Below are positions 41,480 to 52,700 of a stretch of DNA of 64,000 nucleotides, piece after piece; the stretch's first letter is position 1, and every line of letters begins with the position of its first letter. The notes beneath the pieces are model-generated. The model saw only the letters and a list, made by a program, of their open reading frames with translations. It had not been told where the DNA came from and made no database searches. Source of the DNA: Azolla caroliniana (taxonomy: Eukaryota; Plantae; Polypodiophyta); assembly GCA_043228905.1 (NCBI GenBank), contig JBHGNT010000032.1, positions 248,001-312,000 of the forward strand, written 5' to 3'. A program made the position numbers and the translations under genes.

Positions 41480-43353
41480 TGCGGCTGAAGATCATTGTTG
41501 GGTTGGCGTTGATTTATATGTTGATGTCGATGCTGATATGAGTGCATTTGGTGTTCTCTTTCCGTCATATATCTCCAGGGCTCGTGGTGTTGCGGTTGCG
41601 GAGGCGGCGGCGGCGGCGGCTGAAAACCATTGTTAGGTTGGCCTCGGTTTTGATGCCGGTAAAGGTATACTTGTTGTTTGTTTTCAGGAGGAAATGGAGA
41701 GGAGAAGCTATGGATAGTGTTTGCTTTGGGCTGAAATGGGGCGGAAGGTATATGGCGGAGTTGTATTCGTTGGAGAAGTTCGGGTTCGTTGAAACCAATA
41801 AATTTAACTATTGGTTCGTATTGATTGGAATCTAAATTATGGCGCGGGGTAATTTCGTGTGTTGTTATGTTATAAGTGTAGAATTTTTGTCGAGGCTTGG
41901 ATGGTGGTAATGGTGGCGGCGGCGGTGGTCGAAGAGGGTGTTGTTGGCGGCGCTGGTGCGGTTGTTGTGAAGGGCCGAAAGGGCGTGTGTATTTTACAGA
42001 TTTTGGGTGGGGTTTAGGGTTTAGATTCTTAGTGAGATTGGGTTTGGGTTTCGGGTTAGGGTTATGGTTCGGTTTTGGGTTATGGTTAGGGTTAGGTTTC
42101 GGTTTAGAGTTAGGGTTAGGATTCCTATTAGAGTTTGTTTTAGGGTTGGGTTTAGTATGGTTGGGAGTAGGGTAAGGATTTTGTTTACAAGGATTACGGT
42201 GGGATTTGTGGTTAGATGTTATGTTGGGATTAAAGTTATTGTTTTTCGGGGTAGATTTAGGGATGGGGAGAGGGTTAGGGTTTGATTTTGGGATAGGGTT
42301 AGAGTTAATGTTAATAATTGCATCAAGGTGAGGATTGGATGTGGGGTCAAAGTGTAAACTTTTTTTGTTTTTGGTGATAATGGCTCGGGATGTTTGTGGG
42401 TTAGGATTTTGTTCTATAAGCTCCTCGTTTGTATCTAGATCTATTGGGAGATCTTCTATTTCGTTATCTAATTCAACATTTATATTATCAAAATCATGTG
42501 TATTATGGAGTATATCCGAGTGTTGTAACTCTCTATTGTTATTTCTAATTGTGATTGAAGTTGTTTTGAGTGTATTATTGATGTTGTTAGTAACACCAAA
42601 CTCTTGGCACTTCGTTAAAAGTTCTATAACATGTTCTTCTAACCAATGGTTAATATTGTCTGTAAAAAGGTTAGGCGCTATAAAATTTGAGACCTCTTCT
42701 AAGTGCTTAGGGTCTAGTAACTTGGTGCTAAATTCGAAGAGTTCTACTCTAACTTTATTTGGGAAATCATCTAAAAGTTTTGTGTATGTGTGAACTAACC
42801 TATCTAGGTGTAGAATATAGGTCGTCGCAAGTTCTTTGTTATATTGACTTGTGAGTGTTAAGAACTCTTGTTGTAGACTATGGTTAAGTTCATGGTGAGT
42901 TAGTTTAAGCTTAGGAGGTTGGTTTTTAAGGCTAGGTGGAAGGGAGCCATGGTTGTAGAGGTTCGAGACTCTAGTTAGTGTGTTGAATGCTTGTTTCTTG
43001 TGTCGGAAAAGCTGTTTAAATTCTGTGAACATGCGTGTTTTATATTCCTCGAGATACTTTGAGCAAAACGCATATGTTGAAGATGTTACCTTATTAGAGG
43101 ATGTAGTGTGATCGTTATCTTCAGTGTTGTCCGTTGATGATGGGATGTGGGTGATCGACGTTAGTCTACAGGGTGTGTTGGTTGGCTTTAGTTTGATTGG
43201 TGTAGGGGTTGCCGAAGTGAGTGCTACAATCGTCTCTATCGTTTGCTGAGGGCACTCGTCACTCGATGGTTGATCAAGGTCGGTTGAGGTCGAACCATTG
43301 TGGGTGCCATTCTCCGATAGTAGAGCCTCCATAGTAAAATCATGATTTTCCAT
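40717..43353 (-). CDS. PLE ORF1, 878 aa: acidic Ser/Thr-rich N-terminus, helical/coiled-coil-like region (~aa 95-260), long Pro/Asn/His/Gln-rich low-complexity C-terminus
   Basis: Uninterrupted 2.6-kb ATG-initiated ORF directly upstream of and co-oriented with the RT. This matches the ORF1 position in EN-minus PLEs. Function is inferred, not recognised. Confidence 0.8.
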
Positions 43354-44025
43354 ATTAATAGACTATATAATGTCTTATACGAGGAGTGCGGGCACGATAC
43401 TTCTTTGGCTGTGATTAGTGTTATTTGGTTAACTATTTGAGGATTTAGGGTTTGGGTTTGAAGGTTTCGGGTATATGGGTTAACTGAGGTTTTTGGGTTA
43501 AATATCTTAAGGGTTTAGGGTTTTGTTCGGAGGGTTTAGGGCATATGGGTAAAATATCTGAGGGTTTAGGGTTTGGTAGACTATATGATGTATTGCACGA
43601 GGAAAGCGGGCACGATACTTATTTAGGCTACGACTAGTGTTATTAGGTTAACTATTCTTAGGGTTTATGGGTTTGTTCTGAGGGTTTAGGGTATATGGGT
43701 TAAAATATTCTGAGGGTTTAGGGTAGTGTGTGCAAAAGTAAAGGTATTAAGGATTGGTAGGTTTAGGGTTTTAGTGGTAAGGGGAGATATGTTTGGAGAG
43801 GTATGATGATGAGGGTATGGGTTGGCGAGGATATAATGTGTTAGGGTTATTAGTTTAGGGTTGCGGGTATTGGGTAGGTTAAAGATTAAGGGAAAGAGGG
43901 GGGAGTGCCACGTTTTACTTAGTGGGAATGAAATAGCATATATATTATTCAAAGCACAACTAACCACAACATAAAAACAATAGACACTTGAGAAGAAAAT
44001 ATATATTAATCAAATATATATTAAT

Positions 44026-44084
44026 ATGACCTATGTAGCAAACTAGTTTCGCTCATATATGGAGCTCATCAGTGCTTAGGTCAT
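44026..44084 (-). ncRNA. Minimal type I hammerhead ribozyme (copy B)
   Basis: Identical to copy A at offset +6124. Confidence 0.92.
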
Positions 44085-44870
44085 TTTCGAGTACAAAGGT
44101 AAGTTTATATAGGTTTGTGGTAAGGGGGGTGTAAGATAAGTGGTGGACAAGAGTGATAAATGTGAAAAGAAGTGAGGAGTATGGGAGGGAGTGGTGTAAC
44201 ACGGTGATAAGGGGGCAAGATATGATTTTGTAAAGGGAGGGAGTGGGTATCATGAGTTTGATAGAGATAAGTGGGTAACTAGAGGGTATAATAATGGTGA
44301 TAAGTGGGTGACCGGAGGGTATGATAAGTGAGGGGAGGGGTGTGTATATGTGTGTGATGGTGGCTAGTACGAGGTAAAGATGTGGGTGAAAAACGAGGGG
44401 AATACGAATTTAATAGTTATGGGGAATGAGGAGAGAGAGAGAGAGAGATAGAGTGAGAAATTTAACTAATGAGAAGAGAGTGTGAAAAAAGGTGAGAAAA
44501 GAGAGAGGGAGAGAGAGAGAGAGAGAGAGAGAAAAGAAAAAAAAGAAAGAAAGAAAGAAGAGAGACGTAGAGAAAAGAAAAGGTAGAGAGGGAGAAAAAA
44601 GGAAAAGAAAAAAGAGGTGAGTTTTAGAGTGTAGAGAGGGAGAAAAGTAAAGGTAGAGAGAGAGGAAAAAGAAATGATTTAGAGAGGGAGAAAGGTAAAG
44701 GTAGAGAGAGAAAGAGAAGGGGAGGGAAGGAGGAGATAGAGATAGAGAAAGGGAAAGTTAAGAGAGAAGAAATGTGAAGGTAGAGAGGGAGAAGATAGGG
44801 GGAGATCCTCACGTGGTAAATATAGGGAGATAAAACTTGTGGTTTAAAAAAATAAAAATATGGAGAGGAG

Positions 44871-46741
44871 TTAGTGTGGATCTATAGTAATGTTTTTTGT
44901 GTTGACTAGTGAAGAGTGTAGATTTTTAGATTTAGTCCAACAAATTATTGGTTTGGGGATGTGTTGTAGTAGAGGGTCTTCTTGGAGGTTTAAGTGTAGG
45001 CTAGTAAGGGTTTCTTTTATTCCTAGATTAGGGGCTTGGTGTGTGAATTTTAGTTTAAAGATTATGGGTGTGGGGGTTTGGTTAATGGTTTTGTTTGAGA
45101 GGAGAGTTGGTCTAAGGGAATAGGGGTGTTTTTTGAATATATTGAGGATAAAGTGTGTAGGGTATCCTCGTGCTCGTAGTCTCTTAAAAAATAGTTGTTG
45201 CATTTTTAAATAACCTTGGGCTGTACTTTCTCTAATAATGTATCTTTTAAGTTCGTTCGAGAGGAAGCTTTTTTTGACGTGGATAGGATGTGTCGAGGTG
45301 AAGGGTATGTATTGGTAAGTATTAAGTTCTTTTTGAAAACAATTAAAGTTGAAATTATTATTAGCGAGGTTTATCCAAAGGTCGAGAAAAGGAAGTTTAG
45401 TGAGAGAGGTTTGGATGGTCAGTTTAATGGAGTTTTGAGTGGTAATACTATAGAAATTTAGGTAGTCTAAGAGTTGTGTTTTCGTACCGGTCCATACACC
45501 AAAGGCATCGTCAATATATCTCGTGAAATAAAATAAATGGGGAGATGGGTTGGAATTCTCGAGGTATGACAAAAAAAGGCAAGCATATACTACGGAAAAA
45601 TTGCTTCCCATGGCTGTGCCTTTAATTTGTTGATAGATTTGGTTATTAAATTTAAGGAAGTGATATTCTAAGGTTAAGGCGCTGAGAGTATAGATGAGGT
45701 TGGCTTTTTGTTTTGAGAAATGGGGGGTAATTAGGTGTTTTAGGGCTAGTAGTCCTAGTTTTGGTGGAATACTCGGGTAGAGGGATTCTACGTCAAATGA
45801 AAAGATGAAGCTATTGGGTGGTGTCGTAAGGTTTTCTAGGGATTGTACTAAGGAGAATGAGTCTCTAAGGTATTGTTTTTGTTGTAGGAGTATGGGGAGG
45901 AGTTGGTGGTGTAGCCACTTAGAAGTTTGTTCAAATAACGAACCGTTGTAAGAACAAATAGGCCTATAGCCAATGGGTTCTTTGTGTACTTTGGGTAGGA
46001 AGTACATGGTGGGGACTCGGTATTCGTTGGATGGTTTGTGTAAGATGAATTTTATTTCTATGAGGGAGAGGGTTCCTAGGTGTTGATTCATTAAGGTTTT
46101 TAATCTATGTAGGAGTTCTTCTAAGGGGAAGGTATCTACGGGTTTGTAAGTGGATGTATCGGATAGGTGAGCTAGGGCTTTATCTAGGTATGTTTGTTTG
46201 TTTAAGACACAAACACCTACATTTTTGTCTGCGGGGAGGATGATAATGTGTTTATTGCTTTTAAGGCTTTTTAAGGCTTGTAGTAGGTGTAGTGGAATGT
46301 GTTTAGTGGGTAGGTTTGTATTATGGAGTTTTATGGTGAGGAGATTAAGGTGTTTATGAAGTATGTCTTCTAACGGTGGGTATTGTGTAGGGGGGTTCCA
46401 AGAGGGGTTGGGTAGTTTAAAGGGGTTGTGTGGGGCGGAGGAGTCGTCTTGAAAGAAATGTCTAAGTCTAAGGGATCTACTAAGGTTATGGAATTCTTGA
46501 AGAATAGAAGTGGAGGTGGGGGGAGGGGAGGGAGGTATAAACTTAAGACCTAGGTTAAGAAGTTTAATTTCTGACTTGCTAAGGGTATGTGTAGAAAGGT
46601 TGTGGATTTTACTACTATGAGGGGGACTAAAGGGTGTTGTAAGGGGTTTCCAAAATTTATATCTAAGTTTCTTTTTACGTGTTTTTTTTGTATGTGGTCT
46701 AAAGGGGATTCTATGTGGTCTAAAGGGGATTCTATGTGACA
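44871..46741 (-). pseudogene. Second RT copy, 5'-truncated at its first ATG and lacking ORF1 and the frameshift site
   Basis: Protein is identical to copy A from SHRIPF onward, except for a 7-aa duplication (HRIPFRP). The ATG has become GTG through fusion with satellite sequence. Confidence 0.85.
46691..46732. repeat. 21-bp tandem duplication at the element 5' junction
   Basis: TATGTGGTCTAAAGGGGATTC occurs twice here but once in copy A (40567-40587). Confidence 0.95.
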
Positions 46742-49700
46742 CGAGCCAGGTATGAACATTTTAATTTACTCAAGGGCTGTTCTCAACTCACTCCTCAAAT
46801 TTGCTATTTTCGTCATGTCTCTCGACCTGAGTTTCAAAATCTTGATTTTTTAATTCCATATCATAGCTCGCGTTGTTGGCTTCGATTCGCATGTTTGAAC
46901 ACAAAAATCCGATATCACACGAGCCAGGTATGAACATTTTAATTTACTCAAGGGCTCCTCTCAACTCCCTCCTCAAGTTTGCTATTGTCGTCATGTCTCT
47001 CGACCTGAGTTTGAAATTCTTGATTTTTTAATTCCATATCATAGCTAGCGTTGTTGGCTTCGATTCGCATGTTTGAGCACAAAAATCCGATATCACACGA
47101 GCCAGGTATGAACATTTTAATTTACTCAAGGGCTCCTCTCAACTCCCTCCTCAAGTTTGCTATTTTCGTCATGTCTCTCGACCTGAGTTTCAAAATCTTG
47201 ATTTTTTAATTCCATATCATAGCTAGCGTTGTTAGCTTTGATTTGCATGTTTGAACACAAAAATCCGATATCACATGAGCCAGGTATGAACATTTTAATT
47301 TCCTCAGGGGCTCCTCTCAACTCCGTCCTCAATTTTGCTATTTTCGTCATGTCTCTCGACCTGAGTTTCAAAATCTTGATTTTTTAATTCCATATCATAC
47401 CTCACGTAGTTGGCTTCGATTCGCATGTTTGAACACAAAAATCCGATATCACACGAGCCAGGTATGAACATTTTAATTTACTCAAGGGCTGTTCTCAACT
47501 CACTCCTCAAATTTGCTATTTTCGTCATGTCTCTCGACCTGAGTTTCAAAATCTTGATTTTTTAATTCCATATCATAGCTAGCGTTGTTGGCTTCGATTC
47601 GCATGTTTGAACACAAAAATCCGATATCACACGAGCCAGGTATGAACATTTTAATTTACTCAAGGGCTCCTCTCAACTCCCTCCTCAAGTTTGCTATTTT
47701 CGTCATGTCTCTCGACCTGAGTTTGAAATTCTTGATTTTTTAATTCCATATCATAGCTAGCGTTGTTAGCTTTGATTCGCATGTTTGAACACAAAAATCC
47801 GATATCACACGAGCCAGGTATGAACATTTTAATTTACTCAAGGGCTCCTCTCAACTCCCTCCTCAAGTTTGCTATTTTCGTCATGTCTCTCGACCTGGGT
47901 TTCAAAATCTTGATTTTTTAATTCCATATCATAGCTAGCGTTATTAGCTTCGATTCGCATGTTTGAACACAAAAATCCGATATCACACGACCCAGGTATG
48001 AACATTTTAATTTACTCAAGGGCTCCTCTCAACTCACTCCTCAAATTTGCTATTTTCGTCATGTCTCTCGACCTGAGTTTCAAAATCTTGATTTTATAAT
48101 TCCATATCATAGCTCGCGTTGTTGCCTTCCATTCGCATGTTTGAACACAAAAATCCGATATCACACGAGCCAGGTATGAACATTTTAATTTACTCAAGGG
48201 CTCCTCTCAACTCCCTCCTCAAGTTTGCTATTTTCGTCATGTCTCTCGACCTGAGTTTGAAATTCTTGATTTTTTAATTCCATATCATAGCTAGCGTTGT
48301 TAGCTTCGATTTGCATGTTTGAACACAAAAATCCGATATCACACGACCCAGGTATGAACATTTTAATTTACTCAAGGGCTGTTCTCAACTCACTCCTCAA
48401 ATTTGCTATTTTCGTCATGTCTCTCGACCTGGGTTTCAAAATCTTGATTTTTTAATTCCATATCAAAGCTCGCGTTGTTGGCTTCGATTCGCATGTTTGA
48501 ACACAAAAATCCGATATCACACGAGCCAGGTATGAACATTTTAATCTACTCAAGGGCTCCTCTCAACTCCCTCCTCAAGTTTGCTATTTTCGTCATGTCT
48601 CTCGACCTGAGTTTGAAATTCTTGATTTTTTAATTCCATATCATAGCTAGCGTTTCAAGCTTCGATTTGCATGTTTGAACACAAAAATCCGATATCACAC
48701 GAGCCAGGTATGAACATTTTAATTTACTCAAGGGCTGTTCTCAACTCACTCCTCAAATTTGCTATTTTCGTCATGTCTCTCGACCTGAGTTTCAAAATCT
48801 TGATTTTTTAATTCCATATCATAGCTCGCGTTGTTGGCTTCGATTCGCATGTTTGAACACAAAAATCCGATATCACACGAGCCAGGTATGAACATTTTAA
48901 TTTACTCAAGGGCTCCTCTCAACTCCCTCCTCAAATTTGCTATTTTCGTCATGTCTCTCGACCTGAGTTTCAAAATCTTGATTTTTTAATTCCATATCAT
49001 AGCTCGCGTTGTTGGCTTCGATTCGCATGTTTGAACACAAAAATTCGATATCACACGAGCCAGGTATGAACATTTTAATTTACTCAAGGGCTCCTCTCAA
49101 CTCCCTCCTCAAGTTTGCTATTTTCGTCATGTCTCTCGACCTGAGTTTCAAAATCTTGATTTTTTAATTCCATATCATAGCTAGCGTTGTTGGCTTCGAT
49201 TCGCATGTTTGAACACAAAAATCCGATATCACACGAGCCAGGTATGAACATTTTAATTTACTCAAGGGCTCCTCTCAACTCCCTCCTCAAGTTTGGTATT
49301 TTGTCATGTCTCTCGACCTGAGTTTCAAAATCTTGATTTTTTAATTCCATATCATACCTCACGTAGTTGGCTTCGATTCGCATGTTTGAACACAAAAATC
49401 CGATATCACACGAGCCAGGTATGAATATTTTAATTACTTAAGGGCTCCTCTCAACTCCCTCCTCAAGTTTGCTATTTTCGTCATGTCTCTCGACCTGGGT
49501 TTCAAAATCTTGATTTTTTAATTCCATATCATAGCTAGCGTTGTTGGCTTCGATTCGCATGTTTGAACACAAAAATCCGATATCACACGAGCCAGGTATG
49601 AACATTTTAATTTACTCAAGGGCTGTTCTCAACTCCCTCCTCAAGTTTGCTATTTTCGTCATGTCTCTCGACCTGGGTTTCAAAATCTTGATTTTTTAAT

Positions 49701-52700
49701 TCCATATCATAGCTAGCGTTGTTGGCTTCGATTCGCATGTTTGAACACAAAAATCCGATATCACACGAGCCAGGTATGAACATTTTAATTTACTCAAGGG
49801 CTCCTCTCAACTCCCTCCTCAAGTTTGCTATTTTCGTCATGTCTCTCGACCTGAGTTTGAAATTCTTGATTTTTTAATTCCATATCATAGCTAGCGTTGT
49901 TAGCTTCGATTTGCATGTTTGAACACAAAAATCCGATATCACACGAGCCAGGTATGAACATTTTAATTTACTCAAGGGCTCCTCTCAAGTCCCTCCTCAA
50001 GTTTGCTATTTTCGTCATGTATCTCGACCTGAGTTTGAAATTCTTGATTTTTTAATTCCATATCATAGCTAGCGTTGTTGGCTTCGATTCGCATGTTTGA
50101 ACACAAAAATCCGATATCACACGAGCCAGGTATGAACATTTTAATTTACTCAAGGGCTCCTCTCAAGTCCCTCCTCAAGTTTGCTATTTTCGTCATGTCT
50201 CTCGACCTGAGTTTCAAAATCTTGATTTTTTAATTCCATATCATACCTCACGTAGTTGGCTTCAATTCGCATGTTTGAACACAAAAATCCGATATCACAC
50301 GAGCCAGGTATGAACATTTTAATTTACTCAAGGGCTCCTCTCAACTCCCTCCTCAAGTTTGCTATTTTCGTCATGTCTCTCGACCTGAGTTTCAAAATCT
50401 TGATTTTTTAATTCCATATCATACCTCACGTAGTTGGCTTCAATTCGCATGTTTGAACACAAAAATCCGATATCACACGAGCCAGGTATGAACATTTTAA
50501 TTTACTCAAGGGCTCCTCTCAACTCACTCCTCAAATTTGCTATTTTCGTCATGTCTCTCGACCTGAGTTTCAAAATCTTGATTTTTTAATTCCATATCAT
50601 AGCTCGCGTTGTTGGCTTCGATTCGCATGTTTGAACACAAAAATCCGATATCACACGAGCCAGGTATCAACATTTTAATTTACTCAAGGGCTGTTCTCAA
50701 CTCCGTCCTCAAGTTTGCTATTTTCGTCATGTCTCTCGACCTGGGTTTCAAAATCTTGATTTTTTAATTCCATATCATAGCTAGCGTTGTTGGCTTCGAT
50801 TCGCATGTTTGAACACAAAAATCCGATATCACACGAGCCAGGTATGAACATTTTAATTTACTCAAGGGCTCCTCTCAACTCCCTCCTCAAGTTTGCTATT
50901 GTCGTCATGTCTCTCGACCTGAGTTTCAAAATCTTGATTTTTTAATTCCATATCATAGCTAGCGTTTCAAGCTTCGATTTGCATGTTTGAACACAAAAAT
51001 CCGATATCACACGAGCCAGGTATGAACATTTTAATTACTTAAGGGCTCCTCTCAACTCCCTCCTCAAGTTTGCTATTTTCGTCATGTCTCTCGACCTGAG
51101 TTTCAAAGTCTTGATTTTTTAATTCCATAGCATAGCTCGCGTTGTTGGCTTCGATTTGCATGTTTGAACACAAAAATCCGATATCAGACGAGCCAGGTAT
51201 GAACATTTTAATTACTTAAGGGTTGTTCTCAACTCACTCCTCAAATTTGCTATTTTCGTCATGTCTCTCGACCTGGGTTTCAAAATCTTGATTTTTTAAT
51301 TCCATATCATAGCTCGCGTTGTTGGCTTCGATTCGCATGTTTGAACACAAAAATCCGATATCACACGAGCCAGGTATGAACATTTTAATTTACTCAAGGG
51401 CTCCTCTCAACTCCCTCCTCAAGTTTGCTATTTTCGTCATGTCTCTCGACCTGAGTTTCAAAATCTTGATTTTTTAATTCCATATCATAGCTAGCGTTTC
51501 AAGCTTCGATTTGCATGTTTGAACACAAAAATCGGATATCACACGAGCCAGGTATGAACATTTTAATTTACTCAAGGGCTCCTCTCAACTCCCTCCTCAA
51601 GTTTGCTATTTTCGTCATGTCTCTCGACCTGAGTTTCAAAATCTTGATTTTTTAATTGCATATCATACCTCAGGTAGTTGGCTTCGATTCGCATGTTTGA
51701 ACACAAAAATCCGATATCACACGAGCCAGGTATGAACATTTTAATTTACTCAAGGGCTCCTCTCAACTCCCTCCTCAAGTTTGCTATTTTCGTCATGTCT
51801 CTCGACCTGAGTTTGAAATTCTTGATTTTTTAATTCCATATCATAGCTAGCGTTGTTAGCTTCGATTTGCATGTTTGAACACAAAAATCCGATATCACAC
51901 GACCCAGGTATGAACATTTTAATTTACTCAAGGGCTGTTCTCAACTCACTCCTCAAATTTGCTATTTTCGTCATGTCTCTCGACCTGGGTTTCAAAATCT
52001 TGATTTTTTAATTCCATATCAAAGCTCGCGTTGTTGGCTTCGATTCGCATGTTTGAACACAAAAATCCGATATCACACGAGCCAGGTATGAACATTTTAA
52101 TCTACTCAAGGGCTCCTCTCAACTCCCTCCTCAAGTTTGCTATTTTCGTCATGTCTCTCGACCTGAGTTTGAAATTCTTGATTTTTTAATTCCATATCAT
52201 AGCTAGCGTTTCAAGCTTCGATTTGCATGTTTGAACACAAAAATCCGATATCACACGAGCCAGGTATGAACATTTTAATTTACTCAAGGGCTGTTCTCAA
52301 CTCACTCCTCAAATTTGCTATTTTCGTCATGTCTCTCGACCTGAGTTTCAAAATCTTGATTTTTTAATTCCATATCATAGCTCGCGTTGTTGGCTTCGAT
52401 TCGCATGTTTGAACACAAAAATCCGATATCACACGAGCCAGGTATGAACATTTTAATTTACTCAAGGGCTCCTCTCAACTCCCTCCTCAAATTTGCTATT
52501 TTCGTCATGTCTCTCGACCTGAGTTTCAAAATCTTGATTTTTTAATTCCATATCATAGCTCGCGTTGTTGGCTTCGATTCGCATGTTTGAACACAAAAAT
52601 TCGATATCACACGAGCCAGGTATGAACATTTTAATTTACTCAAGGGCTCCTCTCAACTCCCTCCTCAAGTTTGCTATTTTCGTCATGTCTCTCGACCTGA

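Larger units (their letters stand above)
37220..46741 (-). mobile_element. Endonuclease-deficient Penelope-like retroelement (Athena/Coprina-type architecture), partial tandem insertion with a 6124-bp unit
   Basis: PLE-type RT, upstream ORF1, hammerhead ribozymes, head-to-tail partial tandem structure, no TSD, no LTR/PBS/integrase and no poly(A) tail. Confidence 0.92.
43344..46741 (-). repeat. Long direct repeat copy B (5'-truncated upstream unit)
   Basis: Same sequence as 37220-40596, plus a 21-bp tandem duplication at 46691-46732. Confidence 0.95.

Noticed and set aside
38766-45461. Plus-strand ORFs overlapping the element (77-152 aa)
   Set aside because: Antisense shadows of the RT and ORF1, with low complexity caused by G/T skew.
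37220-46741. LTR retrotransposon (CRM/ATHILA) interpretation of the long direct repeats
   Set aside because: The repeats contain the RT ORF itself. There are no TG...CA ends, PBS, protease, RNase H, integrase or TSD, and the RT motifs are PLE-type.
1613-48197. Many 60-95 aa ORFs in the satellite (MFIPGSCDIGF..., MSKLKCSYL... and similar)
   Set aside because: They are chance open frames of the 178-bp monomer, lengthened by indels or stop-removing variants, with no protein-family features.
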